DNA of 64,000 bases from Ostrea edulis (lineage: Eukaryota): positions 104,222,001 through 104,286,000 of the forward strand of contig NC_079165.1 in the NCBI RefSeq assembly GCF_947568905.1, in the 5' to 3' direction. The notes beneath the pieces were generated by a model that worked only from the letters and a program-made list of their open reading frames with translations, was not told the DNA's origin and searched no databases. Shown here piece by piece: positions 11,693 to 25,035 of the stretch. A program made the position numbers and the translations under genes. Position 1 is the first letter of the stretch; every line of letters begins with the position of its first letter.

Positions 11693-13018
11693 ATGTTAAT
11701 GGTGCCGGAGAGAATCATTCAAACTCTGGGAAGTAGATGTTTTCAATATTTTCTGATCAAAAGTGATAATTAATGTTTTTTCATGGCAAAATTATGACCT
11801 AAACAACTTGCTCTAACTTTTATTCTATCGGTGTCATTGACCTTTGCTAAATGACCTTTGGTTCAGGATCCTGACTTCGTATTTGGTGAAAAGCAATCTT
11901 TGTGCCATATATGAACTATTTCCTCTCCATTACAAAGTAACTACTACCATAAAGAACCCTTCCAAACTCTTTTAAAATTAGAATTGACATAAAAAATTCC
12001 AACAGAATAGGGTTGAGTATTTATAATATATAAGGGACAAGAAAGTTTATTAGTACCTGCACAGTTAGATGAACTATTAGCTGCACAGTTATATCATCTA
12101 AAGCTAAAGACCCAACCTTCTTAAAAACTATGCACCAACATTGTTTGCTGGATATTCAGGAGTAAGAAGATTTTTAAAGATTTGTCCTAATAGTCAAACC
12201 CAGGGACCGGGCCCATGAATTTCAAAGTCTTAGTAGAGGCCTCCATGTTCATTATAAACACTGATATCCACCTAATCTATATGTTTATATAAAATCAGTG
12301 GGGAAAAAAGAATGTCTATAGAAATCTTCAAATTTTGGTCACACACCTCGGGCCATAAAGAGCAGGGACTATGATATTGGCTTGTTCGATTTTCCAATAG
12401 ATGTTACATACAAAATCTGGGGAAACTTGATTCTATAGTATTTAAAAAAAATGTTCATATAATTTACTATGGACGAAGGACATTCATGAATCACAATAAG
12501 TCACCAAAGTGACCTAAAAACTAAATATACTGTAACAAAATTATACTGGGTACTGTAATTTCTAATTCATTGTATTGTGAGAGTGGCAGGAGATAGCACT
12601 TATTCCATGCCTGCACTGTAACCTGCTCCAATGATGAGACAATTTCAGCCTACTTTGTGAAATTGGCTTTCTGCAAACCAAAATTATTCTGACAATAAAA
12701 TTCCAATCAAGTTTGCCAAAATAAAATTATTTTCATTTTGAACTCTTATAAGACAATAAACTTGCAATTGTCTTCATAGCCAGTGATAAGTGGGAAATGA
12801 AAATCATGTTATAAGTACTGATTCATTATACTCAAGTTCTTCATAACCATATATTACTGTACTGTATTGATCATTTTGACTGCTGTATGACAAAGCACAG
12901 AAGAATCTTGCACAAATCCATTTTCATAAACTACAATTAACATGTCTAGCAATAAATTCCAATGCCACATATATGATTGTACATGTGATGGTGTAATGTA
13001 CAGATTTGCCCGTTTTGC

Positions 13019-13167
13019 CTATATTTTATCGGAGATATCCACCCCAGCTGGATCCTCCACTGAACCATTAACCAATGGTTCACTCTCTGGGTGTTCTGAT
13101 GATGAATTAGTGGTCTCTGGTTTCTCTATTTCATTTAATTTATTACATTCTGTACTTTGTTTCACAT
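13019..13167 (-). CDS. MFSD6: MFSD6-like major facilitator transporter, last exon
   Basis: tttgtag|AT GTG AAA..; phase-1 continuation (D)VKQSTECNKL..DISDKI*. Confidence 0.75.
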
Positions 13168-13212
13168 CTACAAATAAAATATCAATCATCACAATGAATA
13201 ATTTATTCAGGG

Positions 13213-13213
<1 letters not shown>

Positions 13214-13247
<34 letters not shown>

Positions 13248-13525
13248 TCACCTTGGCCCATATTTAAAGATTTTTCCTTTATATATTTGCCCGTAAAACT
13301 TTGATCCCATAATGTGGCCCCATCCTACCCCCAGGGCCCATGATTTTAACAAAATTGAATCTGCACTATGTCAAGAAGCTGCCATGTAAATTTGAACTTG
13401 TCTGGATCAGTGGTTCTTGAGAAGATTTTTTCCCATATATTTGTATGTAAAACTTTGATTCCCCATTGTGGCCCCATCCTACCCCCGGGGGACATGATTT
13501 AAACAAAGCTGAATCTGCGCTATGT
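13214..13525 (-). mobile_element. HINE/satellite-like element in MFSD6 intron 3
   Basis: aacaagaggcccatgggccacatcgctcacctgag terminus (same end seen reversed at ~63750-63780), two ~165-bp units. Confidence 0.65.
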
Positions 13526-13732
13526 ATGGACTCTTATTTTAGTGCATAGAAAGCATGACTGAAGCATAAAAATATATGTTGAAATTATCACATCACACAT
13601 TTTAAAAGCCTAAATTTCCTGAATACTAATAAGTGTGATATGTTAACTTGTCATGCATAAAATTGAGTAAATACCTTCAAATTTTTCAGACAGGATATAT
13701 ATAAGGATCATGGTTCCTGTGGAATTACTTAC

Positions 13733-13906
13733 CCAGTTCCTTTTGATTCTCTATCCTTTCTGTTGATGACTTTGTGAACACCGTTCTATTAACGATGAAA
13801 TAGATGAACAAAAAGACCAAAGAAGAAATGCTGTATATTCTCCATGCCCAGCGAATCCCCACCTCTTTATACAGCCATCCAGTCAACAATGACCCTACTC
13901 CTTTTC
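13733..13906 (-). CDS. MFSD6: MFSD6-like, exon 3 (last TM helices)
   Basis: tttacag|GA AAA GGA..CTG G|gtaagt; GKGVGSLLTGWLYKEVGIRWAWRIYSISSLVFLFIYF. Confidence 0.88.
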
Positions 13907-14625
13907 CTGTAAACACACAAGTAAAATTCTTAAGTTTCACGGAATACACTAATTGTAAATAATTACTGATGGGAAACAAGAAGAATTATAGGGATTACAC
14001 TCAACACAAAATATATTTTATGTATTTGTTTCTTTTCCTTCTATTTCCTAAAGAATGAAGATCAGCAGTCTAGACTTAAAGGCAACATGGGATACCGCTA
14101 GGTTGCAGATGATTCACAAGACACATAGAAATGTGTGTCCTTTAGGGGATGTAAATTGATAGTATTTTGTTGGCTTTTTGGTTTTTTTTAAATACAATAA
14201 ACCAGAAATCTGATAATGCAGTGATGTGCTACACTATTCATTTTAGCATTATTCATAATTGATTTACTTGGTTCAATGCAGTCCAGACACTTTATTTCAA
14301 AGTTTTCCAATTCCATATCGGCAGATGTTTACATTTCCCTACATCATTATCATGATTTCTCTGTTACAATTTGATGTTGGAAAAAGTCTTGTCAGAATAC
14401 ATCAAAATAGAATGACATTGATAGAATTCCAATCAAATATTAAAATTTGTAAAGTAGCTATGGTATTGATATAGATTACTAAGTGCTCTATGGTCCTTTT
14501 AAAAGTAGGGATGAAGTAGCCATGTTGAAGGCAATATGAATTACTGTCAATGTGTGCTCCATGATCCTTTTAAAAATAGTGACACTTTGACTGATATATG
14601 TATAAAAAGCATTAATGAACTATAC

Positions 14626-16200
14626 CAAATCCAAAATGGATTCCTCCCAGAAGTCCCTGAACAGTGGCTGATATCCCTGGAGGCGAGATGATGCTGGCAT
14701 ATGATGTGGATGAGGCCCACATGATTCCAAAAGTGATTCCATGTAAAATCTCCACTGGCAAAACACCATACACACCATCAAGGAATGAATAGGACATCAA
14801 CCGGATGGAATAAGCTATAAACACTATGTAAATACAGTTCAGATGACCTAGTCTTTTGATAATGGTCCCTGACACATAAAGGAGCACAGTCTCTGAGAGG
14901 CAGGCAATGGCCAGGCAGAATCCTGGAATGACTTGAAAGTATCCTTCAGTCTCTTCCTCTAAATACCAAAATAGAAATGTCTCTATGGCTCCTGTACAAA
15001 GTCCAAAGAAGAAGATGACACTTAAGAACATGGCTATTTCCGGATGCTTCAAAACACTCCAGAAATGCACCATCATGTTTTTACTAGAGACATTTCCCGA
15101 GACGGACATCATCCAGACAGACACCATGGCCAGTCCACACAGTCCTCCAAATATGTAAAACGACACGGAAAAATCTATCTCTTTTTGGCTGCTACTGATC
15201 TCGTACATGATGAAAGTGGAGGACAAAGCGAACAGCATGAATCCCATTGTTCCGAACAGTCTCTGTTTACCCCATTTTCCTCGCTGACTGGCACCTAAAA
15301 TGTCATATGCAAGAGCATCTCCCATACTCAACACCGGGGCAAACGCAATGTTTGCAAACAAGTAAATAACAAGAAATAATATGAATTTATCTCTCATAAC
15401 ATGAGCATATGTGGTAACACACTGTTCAGTCATGCCAAGGTCACATTTTAAGTGGCAGTTGAACTCTGTCTCGTGGCTACAAAACATGTTCCAGTACTTC
15501 CTCTGTCCTATTGTTACATTATTCAGTGCAAAATCACGACATTCAATGTCCCCAACACTCTGCCGGTCAGCAGTTATTTCCCTTGTAGAACTAAGAATAT
15601 CATATATCATAAAATCTAAATTAGCTGGTGAGATGTGCTCCCCCAGACAAAGGTCTAATTCAGCCTGGTCTGTGAAGCAGACATCTCCAGGGAATGCTGT
15701 GGTTGGCTTACAAGTCACAGAACAACTGAATGTTGGAGTAGACTGATCCGCCCCATGAGATGGAATGATGGAGTAAGAGGCTGATGAATTCTGCTGACCT
15801 CCATGTATACTTATCTGTACGGAGGAGTTTGACTTGTGGTGCGACTTGTTCACACTATTTATGAGATTTTCAAATCCTAACGGACATTCTTTGGATTTAT
15901 TTTGGTAACAGTCATGGATGTATGAATCATACTGATTACACGAAAACTTGGTCTCCACGGAAACATAGGAGGTAGTCTCTGAAGGAATGACTAGTATCAA
16001 CATGTAGAAAACTCCAGTGAACCCAATACTTAAAATAAGTCCTAATTTGTGCTTCTGAAACTTGTCTGCCAAAGCACCAATGATTGGTCGAATTATGAAT
16101 CCCACAAATGGCATGAATCCATAGATAATCCCTGTCTGGGTAGAGGACAGTCCTATCTGTTTCATGTAGAGTGGAATAAAGGGCAAGAGATCTCCCACAG
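14626..16200 (-). CDS. MFSD6: MFSD6-like, exon 2 (1575 nt)
   Basis: ttttag|CT GTG..TTT G|gtatag; PFIPLYMKQIGLS..GALADKFQKHK, YGKQRL-like WGKQRLFG, ATVQGLLGGIHFGFG are typical MFSD6/MFS_1-like motifs. Confidence 0.92.
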
Positions 16201-16950
16201 CTAAAACAGACAACAATTTATGTGGTATACTTCATTAATGACTATGAAAAACTGATTTACTGCTACATATAAAAAATACTTGCTTTAGAATATACATTTG
16301 TCAATACAGTGCAATAAAGAGACTTATCAAATCAGTCTAATGGCATAATTATAACTCTCCTGTAAACAAATTTGGGGGTATACATAGAAATAGCCATGTC
16401 CATACGTCTGTCTGTCTCTAAAGTATTTGTAAGGGCTATAACTTTGTAATGGAGAGACACCACAGGCTCATATGTGGCACAAAGGTTGTTTATTACCAGA
16501 AAGTGTGTCATGAACTTCAGCCACTGTCATTTTACCTAAGGTCAAGATTACAAAAGTTACTACCCTATGGTGTGCTACACCCCATCTGGTCAGGGTTAAG
16601 GTAAAAAAAAATTTTGTTCCAATCATAACCTTGTAGTGGAAATCATATTAAATTCATACTTGGCATAAAGACAGATTATAAGAATAACTTATCTCACAAC
16701 CCTGAACCAAAATCATTCGGTTATCAAAAATTTTATTTTAATAATAATAATAATGATTGGTTTTCTATAGCGCTTTTTCAGCGTATGTTGCTCAAAGCGC
16801 TTTACAATACATTTTGGCCATAACTTTGTAATGGAGAGACTGCATGTGAGCAAATGCAATTGCAATTGGTGTAACATGAATTTCATCCAAAGTAAATAGG
16901 AGTAAAGGGTGTGATATGAGTCCTATGAGAACTGCTCTAATTTCCAATAC

Positions 16951-17044
16951 CTGCAATCATGAAGAAGTAAAACAGCTTGATTGGTAACAATTTCGTGTTT
17001 ATTTTCCATCTTCCCAATGAGGTAGTGTCTTCCTCATCAGCCAT
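16951..17044 (-). CDS. MFSD6: MFSD6-like, first coding exon
   Basis: ggcaacATG GCT..GCA G|gtattg; MADEEDTTSLGRWKINTKLLPIKLFYFFMIA resembles the MFSD6 N-terminal IN..LL..K.FYFF; acceptor at 17058 implies an upstream 5'UTR exon; total CDS 1992 nt. Confidence 0.88.
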
Positions 17045-18745
17045 GTTGCCAGATTTTCTATAAAAAATTATGGCAATTTTATTCATTTTTTTGTCAATTT
17101 ACAACAACAAAAAAATACAAATACATATACACAAAGAGTTCCATAAATTTCACAACATGTAATAAATTTTCATGAAAAAGTTGTCATTCTCATTTCTGGC
17201 ATGTTTCTACCAGATACAAAACATGATGCCTTTATATATACATTACATATTTTACTGAGTATACTTCGAGGTGTGGGATGTAGGCTAAGTTGTGACCATA
17301 GTATATGCTACCGAAGCGGCAATATACATTGTCTAGCTTTGTTTTTGCATAATATCTCAATTTATGGATATATTTCACAGAGAAGAATATGGTTATGGAA
17401 GAAAGCATTAATTCAGGAATATAATATTCTGATGGTGCTACCATTTGAGCAAGCATAGCTACAAACATATTTTGTAATATTCATGCTTTGATCAGCAAAT
17501 TAAACAATATCTATTTACCAAATACTCAGCATGCTCAGTACTTGAATGGGATACAACAGCAGAAACAGCCTTTTAAGCTCTCTCCCAGGGTTTTATATCA
17601 AATTATGAACAACTGTATTGAGTTCTTGCTAGATTTAGATCACTTTTAATTACCCAGCATGCACATTAACAATTATAATTACCAACATGAATGTAATTGA
17701 AAATTTTATATACTATATTCATTATATTTCTGTTGCCTTAGCTGTGGCTTGCTTAACCTTTAACAACTTGTTCTGCATGCTCTAGACTGCCTCTACTTTC
17801 TTTATTTCTACTCTCAATCTTTCAAAGTCACTAATTGTGTGATAAAAATGACCAAAAATGCCCTTCAAGTCTTGTCATAAACCATTCAAGTTTGTAAAAC
17901 TATGTGAACTGCACTGCCTGTGGGCATAAAACGCATTTCAATATAATGGTAATTTTAAATAAAACGATAAATTCAACACTAATGCATGAACATGCATGGA
18001 TCCAATTTTTTCTCTTTAACTCCTTCCCCATTATATGCACTATCTACAAGTAAATTAAAAAATAAAAGTTTCAGAAGAGAAAATTAGATTTTTTTTATAA
18101 TATTGTACAGAATCTTAGTTTTAACCATCATTGGTTACCCACGAGTGCCTCTTGTCGTTTCTCTTTATCATCACGGGAGCGTGTGTGGACTCAAAACCAT
18201 GGTTTGTGACGATGGGTTCCATAAAATGAACACCCAATCTAGATCCGCAACTGTCACAGATCGTATTATGATGTATGTCAAAACGTAGAAATGATGTTAC
18301 CCATTGTCTTACCCTGCTTTTCATCAACATTGCACTTCGTTAAAAATTACATTTTGGAGCTAAGAGACCATATAATTGGGATGATAATCCATGTAAGTTC
18401 ACAATCTTAGTCAAAGGTGTGACTTTGTGAGATCTCTGCCATTTTTGACGAGGGACTTCTGGGGATGGTGACAAAAAATTTTCTTGTCAAAGGTTCAGAT
18501 TTAGCTCAGATCATTTTGTGCGCTTTAGTCATTAGAGCTTGTAGGTGCACAAAGGTGCTGGCTCACTAAAATTACTCCTCGATCGACGCGATTGTACCAT
18601 GTCTCCTATGTTTGTAAATTTTCTAAACATCAACGCTGAATATGACATCACAATGCACTATTTACAGCAATTGCGTTATATTTCCTGCATTCAATGAATA
18701 GGCGGATCAAATGTCTTAAGTCATGTAAAAGGTGTTAAGTCTTAG

Positions 18746-18954
18746 GTAATCTCGGCTGAGATTCGGCTTGGCTGATTATTAGGACTGACGCCTTCACCGA
18801 ATCTCAGAGCAGTCCTTCATAATTACACATTCATTGCTAGAACCGGCTGAAGCTGAAAGTAAATTTCCAAACATGAATTATGAAGGACTGCTTCGAGATT
18901 CGGTGAAGGCGTCAGTCCAAATATTCAGCCAAGCCGAATCTCAGCCAAGATTAG
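18746..18954. mobile_element. 209-bp palindromic MITE with 7-bp TSD GTCTTAG
   Basis: gtcttag|gtaatctcggctgagattcggcttggctga ... tcagccaagccgaatctcagccaagattag|gtcttag; a related left end at 50991. Confidence 0.8.
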
Positions 18955-18961
18955 GTCTTAG

Positions 18962-19779
18962 CACAGGAGTTTGAAATTTTATCAATAAAGTCAATAAAAT
19001 TCACTTGATTGACCAAGCCATGAGCTATGCGTTAGCATAGCGAACAGGAATGAAACGCCGTTTTGGAGAAATCTCGAGTTTCGCTTTGAACCGCCGCGCA
19101 ATGAATATAACTCGTAAGTATTTATCACTAACAACATTTGCCTACTTAAATTTGCCTCCTAACCCCTCTCTAATGCTGTCAGTATCCACTTTATTCGATT
19201 CCGTGTAAACATTGACTTTACCGAGGACCAATTGTAATACGTCACATTCACTCCGGGCCTGACATTTTAGTATTCCTTATAATTTAAAGTTAAAAAAAAT
19301 AAAATAAAATGCTATTAATCCTTCCACATATTTTTTTAATCAAATGAAATAAATCACAACATATAAAATCTTCAGTCATATCAATTATTATATTTTGAGG
19401 CCAGAAACTATGTTCAGAGTTTAAAAACAAAGGGCGATAATTGTGTAGAAAGTTGCATGTGCGGGAAATCATTGGATTACAAAAATGTCAGGCCCGGAGT
19501 GAATGTGACGTATTACAATGGGTCCTCGGTAAAGTCAATGTTTACACGGAATCGAATAAAGTGGATACTGACAGCATTAGAGAGGGGCTAGGAGGCAAAT
19601 TTAAGTAGGCAAATGTTGTTAGTGATAAATACTTACGAGTTATATTCATTGCGCGGCGGTTCAAAGCGAAGCTCGAGATTTCTCCAAAACGGCGTTTCAT
19701 TCCTGTTCGCTATGCTAACGCATAGCTCATGCCTTGGTCAATCAAGTGAATTTTATTGATAAAATTTCAAACTCCTGTG
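18962..19779. mobile_element. 818-bp foldback MITE, ~300-bp TIRs, CACAGG termini, 7-bp TSD (P-element-like)
   Basis: arms 18962-19268 and 19482-19779 are near-perfect reverse complements; GTCTTAG on both sides. Confidence 0.9.
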
Positions 19780-19982
19780 GTCTTAGGATGCTTGAGTTTG
19801 ATAGAGCTCTGTCTTTAAACGCTAGGTGCTAACCTCGGGATATTTTTTCATGCTATGGATATAGATACTAATGCCAATACTTTTTGCTTCGCCCTCAAAC
19901 ACAGTCACGTCGTAAGACATATTACCTAACTACACTTTATGATTTTCTATTATCTAGATGTCCTACGAAACCCGCGAGGGTA

Positions 19983-20758
19983 TTATACCGAGCGAAGCTC
20001 GGACGGGCCAAAGGCCCGTCCGCGAAGCAAGGCTCTAAAGGTAACACGTATGTAAAAGAAAAAAGTCAAAATCAGCAAAATAAAAAGAGATAATCTCTAT
20101 ATACGTTCACTGAAATTTTCGTGATCCATATGGGCGCCGCCATTTATTTTTTCATTACCTGCTTCAACAGTTATTCGTGTTTTATTTTGAATGCCAATAA
20201 TAGAAGACTCTGACGTGCAATTCGTAATTTAAACACTCAGTTTGTTCAAAGTGAATAGTACAATTATCATTGTAACAGGTTTTAGCAAATAAATACATAT
20301 AAAACCGTAATACGACTAAATAGATGAACGAGTTCATGAGTTTCTTTAATAAGAATATACGATAAAATTACGATTACTTTTTTACCATTTTGAATTTATT
20401 GGTTAATCTTGTTTAGTTTTAACGGCCTTTTTCATTGCATACGGAATGTATTATTGTTGTTTATAATTGTTTGCTTTGAAAAAGGGCTAAGTGTGACGTC
20501 ACAATGCACAGTTTACGTCGCCTTGCGTTTTATTTCCCGCGTTCAATGAATAGGCGGATCATGTAAAACTGTTGTCCCCATATAAACTCCTTTAATGAGA
20601 TGTTACTGGGTGTTTAGCGCAAGGAAATTTCATTCAATATATATATTTTTAAATGAATCACAATCTACCGTACTTAACGGAATTATGATTACCACTCGGG
20701 AAACGGAGTTACGTACATGCTTCGCTCGGTCCAACGATCACATCGTATACATATTACT
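19983..20758 (+). mobile_element. ~780-bp Helentron/HINE-like element, copy A
   Basis: ttatACCGAGCGAAG start, cggacgggcc-aaa-ggcccgtccg hairpin, CTTCGCTCGGT near the other end (subterminal IR); inverted copy at 26705-27485. Confidence 0.75.
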
Positions 20759-21187
20759 TACCAAATTGTTCTACAGGACCATTAGTAAAATTCCAAAGGA
20801 CAACAATGGTTTCTACGGAAGTTTCTAAATGCTATCAGAAACTGTAATTCATTTAACATGCTTTGAAGTTTGCGAGTTCAACTTCAAGCCGAAGTCAAGT
20901 GATCGTACATCTGTGGTACACATCCGGGGAGTTAGGTTGTAGATAATTGTACAATTAACAATTCTTTTACAATTATGAAACTTTTTTATTAAACCTTTCT
21001 ATCATATCAATTGAAAAAAGACGCAAATTCGGATCAAAGAAAACTAATTGTTAAGTTGAAAATTGATTAAATTTTATAATTTTCTATTGCAAGCTTTATG
21101 GGGTTATACCGAATATTCTGTTACCGATCTACTCAAAAATAAAGTCACTAGTTCCTGTTTAATCAATGACTTCCGTTTAATACTAAA

Positions 21188-21417
21188 ATGAAGAAAATGA
21201 TTATATTCGACAGTTTATTAAGTTTACTTTTGTTTGGTATTGTTAATTTAGTCTTTGTGATATCGCCAGCATTATGTAGTGATGATATAATCGAGTCAGA
21301 GAGCAGTGATCGCTTCAAGATAGAGGGAAAAGTGACGATGACTGATGGTCGAAAATCGGAGTGGATTGGTGTAGCTCGTGTTCTGGTCGACGGTGGAGAC
21401 TATGTGGGATACTTAAG
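21188..21417 (+). CDS. EMC7: ER membrane protein complex subunit 7, exon 1
   Basis: signal peptide followed by FKIEGKV..RVLVDGGDYVGYLR; donor TTA AG|gttttg, phase 2. Confidence 0.92.
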
Positions 21418-21599
21418 GTTTTGGGCATTCTACCTTTTTATAAACAATCATAAGAAAGGGCATTGTATTAAATGTTTAATATATACACAGGGGTCGAAAT
21501 TGAATTTTTTCGACCACAGGCTAATTTTAGCCTATAAAATCCACAGGCTAAAATGGAAATCTACAAGCTAAAATAAAAATATTGAAGCAGAGCAACGCT

Positions 21600-21614
21600 C
21601 TTTTTATGCCCCTA

Positions 21615-21649
<35 letters not shown>

Positions 21650-21841
21650 ATCTGTCATTCTGTCTCAAACTTTAACCTCGCTGATAACTTTTGAACAGTA
21701 AGTGCTAGAGGTTTGATATTTCACATGAGTATTCCTTGTGACAAGACCTTTCCGTGGGTACCAACATTTTTTAACCCTGTGACCTTGGAGTTTGACCTAC
21801 TCTTTGAAAGCTTTAACCTTGCTAATAACCTTTGAACAGTA

Positions 21842-21882
<41 letters not shown>

Positions 21883-22012
21883 CAAGAACTTTCCGTGTGT
21901 ACATTTTTTACCCTGTGACATTTACCTTGGAGTTTGACCTACTTTTTGAAAACTTTAAACCTTGCTAATAACTTTTGAACAGTAAGTGCTAGAGCTTTGA
22001 TATTTCACATTT
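21600..22012 (+). mobile_element. HINE-like element with three ~141-bp units in EMC7 intron 1
   Basis: tttttatgcccct..ggggggcatattg start; unit aaactttaaccttgctaataacttttgaacagtaagtgctagag. Confidence 0.75.
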
Positions 22013-22516
22013 AAATTAATTTAAACATTAATGATTTTCATTCTCATCTGTTGCTTCAGAAGTCTAAAGTCCCTTGCAACTGATATTCTTTAACAATATT
22101 TTGAACATTCCCTCAAAGGCCTGATTGCCATGCCATGATGTCACGAAATCACATCTACCCACCAAATAATCTGACTCTACCAGATTAGTCAAATAATTTT
22201 GGATAGAATTAATAACATGATATTGTAATGAGAAAAAAATCAAGAAATTTTATTTGAATGTTTTTTTTTTAATTCTGAATTAATAAATGAATGAAATTGA
22301 CTAACTCATGTGCAATTTTGATTTCCTTTATATAACAAAGCAGTCTATGAAATTAGCGGTAGTCCGAACGCCCACGGCCAGTGATTTTCCTGTCGGACTT
22401 GTAAAATCCATGTGGCAACAAGTCCAACTGGCTTGTAAAAAAAATTACCCGTCGGCGTTTTAATTTGACAATCGGAAGTAAATAAATATTATGCGCATGC
22501 TCAAGTCATAGAATTA

Positions 22517-23344
22517 CAGTGAAAGCGAAATGTCATCGGACCGACGGACATGTCCGGTAATTTGACTCTCGGTCCGGTAAACTTCATTATATTTTCGGTC
22601 CGAATGTCCAGTGACTTTCCAGCAACGGTTTCGAAAACTACACAGCATTTCCCCCCCTTATATAACTGGTACCGATAAACGGTACCATTTCCAATGCCAA
22701 AAACCGTTGATTTTTCCCAATTTTGAGACTAAAAATTCCCAATTCACTTGCCGAAAAATAGACCGCTGAAATCGTAATTTTCTTAGTCGGAAACGTTGTA
22801 CGAGTTAACTAAAATGTTCCCTTCTGGTATTAAATCGAAAGTACAGATCATGGCAGTGTGTTTTGTACGATGATTCCTTATGTTTCACAACAACAAATAT
22901 TACCGTAAAAAAGTTTGTAAAGAGATGAATACTTCTTGTTTTGTTGTATTTTTTCTTTTCTTTTAGCTGAAATCATTTGCCTATACATTGGTAGAAAATT
23001 CCCAATTTGTTCAATTTTGACGCTATTTTTCCCAATTGAATGGGTACAGGTACCAGTGGGTAGAGAAAAAAATCGCTGCTACGTTTCGACTTCCAGTTCC
23101 ATTTATAAAAAAAAATATATACAAAAACAGCAATATGTTCCAATTAAAATGGAACAGTAATGCAGTCCACAGTAAACCTTTATAACGAAAATCCAATGAC
23201 CAGGAGGCTCAAAGTCTTTCATGTTTTAATATAAAAATAATAATACTTTTTTTCGGTCTGGTAAAATGTGATTCGGTCCGGTAATGTTTCTGTGTTTACC
23301 AGACCGAATGTCCTGTAAAACATTTCAACATTTCACGATCACTG
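22517..23344. mobile_element. MITE with CAGTGA termini, probably containing a nested element
   Basis: CAGTGAaagcGAAATGT ... ACATTTCacgaTCACTG, GAATTA on both flanks; repeated cggaccg/cggtccggtaa subterminal motifs. Confidence 0.55.
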
Positions 23345-24077
23345 GAATTAGAATAACTCGCCCCAAACAAAGTCATTCGTCCTATTAATTATGCATCTTC
23401 ACTCGGTCTGATCCGGATTTGTCTTGAAAATTATTCAGATTTCGCATGCGTATAATTTACTTTCATTTTCAACGACTTTCTTTTCTTTTTTTCGGGCAAG
23501 TGAAATGGAGTTCGGGCATGTGGGTTTCCTGAAAATGGTTGCCCGAATGGCTTGTGGTTTGCAAATCTTAATATCATTGACTGACAAAGATGCAGCCGAG
23601 TATAGCTCATATTGCATTAAGATGTTTTAATTCCAATTTCATAGTAAACTTGTAGTATTTTTTTTTTTTTGCATTGCTTTGAGTATTAAAGATTTCTTAT
23701 GGCAAGGTCTTCATACCATACCATGATCAATGACCTTGTGATCTTGGTCTTATCCAGAAAAGCAAGATCATGTTAGTCATATTGGTGTTGAGGCATCTCT
23801 GTGTTATGGGAATTTATTTTAAGTTATGTTGTGATCCTCTGAGACTAATTTGGGCCACAATATGGGACAAAAAATTTCATGGGAATAAAGAATTATAATT
23901 ATTTTTTTTTTATAAATCACAACAGCTGAACAATGACAGGGCCAAGGTAACTCATGTGAGCGATGTGGTCCTTTTAAACCGTCAGATATTCCAGTTAACT
24001 TCACATATTAATATATGTTTATATATGCATATAAGTTTGATTTTAAGGTATATTTAACTGTGTACATTCCGTTGTAG

Positions 24078-24336
24078 AAGTGATGGTAGCTTTGTGGTCA
24101 ATGACTTGCCATCCGGATCTTATGTTGTGGAGGTCTCACATCCAGATTACATTTTTGAGTCTGCTAGAGTTGACATTACATCCAAAGGAAAGATGAGAGC
24201 AAGGAGGGTTAACTACTTACAGCCTTCCTTAGTTAAAACATTAAGCTACCCATTGGATTTCAAAGATCGACAAAAGGCGAAATATTTTCAGACAAGAGAA
24301 CAATGGAAGGTGACAGACTTTTTAATGAATCCCATG
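24078..24336 (+). CDS. EMC7: EMC7, exon 2
   Basis: gttgtag|A AGT GAT..ATG|gtaagt; [53 protein letters not shown]. Confidence 0.95.
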
Positions 24337-24340
24337 GTAA

Positions 24341-25035
24341 GTGTCAAATCTTTACTCTGGTTGCTTATTCTGTATCAGTGTCAAATCTTTACTCTGGTTT
24401 TATGCTTATTCTGTATCAGTGTCAAATCTTTACTCAGGTTTTATGCTTATTCTGTATCAGTGTCAAATCTTTACTCAGGTTTTATGCTTATTCTGTATCA
24501 GTGTCAAATCTTTACTCTGGTTTTATGCTGTATCAGTGTCAAATCTTTACTCTGGTTGCTTATTCTGTATCAGTGTCAAATCTTTACTCAGGTTTTATGC
24601 TTATTCTGTATCAGTGTCAAATCTTTACTCTGGTTTTATGCTTATTCTGTATCAGTGTCAAATCTTTACTCTGGTTTTATGCTTATTCTGTATCAGTGTC
24701 AAATCTTTACTCTGGTTTTATGCTTATTCTGTATCAGTGTCAAATCTTTACTCTGGTTTTATGCTGTATCAGTGTCAAATCTTTACTCTGGTTGCTTATT
24801 CTGTATCAGTGTCAAATCTTTACTCTGGTTTTATGCTTATTCTGTATCAGTGTCAAATCTTTACTCTGGTTTTATGCTGTATCAGTGTCAAATCTTTACT
24901 CTGGTTGCTTATTCTGTATCAGTGTCAAATCTTTACTCTGGTTGCTTATTCTGTATCAGTGTCAAATCTTTACTCTGGTTGCTTATTCTGTATCAGTGTC
25001 AAATCTTTACTCTGGTTGCTTATTCTGTATCAGTA
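24341..25035 (+). repeat. Intronic minisatellite, 33-42-bp units
   Basis: gtgtcaaatctttactctggtt(ttat)gcttattctgtatca repeated ~18 times directly after the exon 2 donor. Confidence 0.95.
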
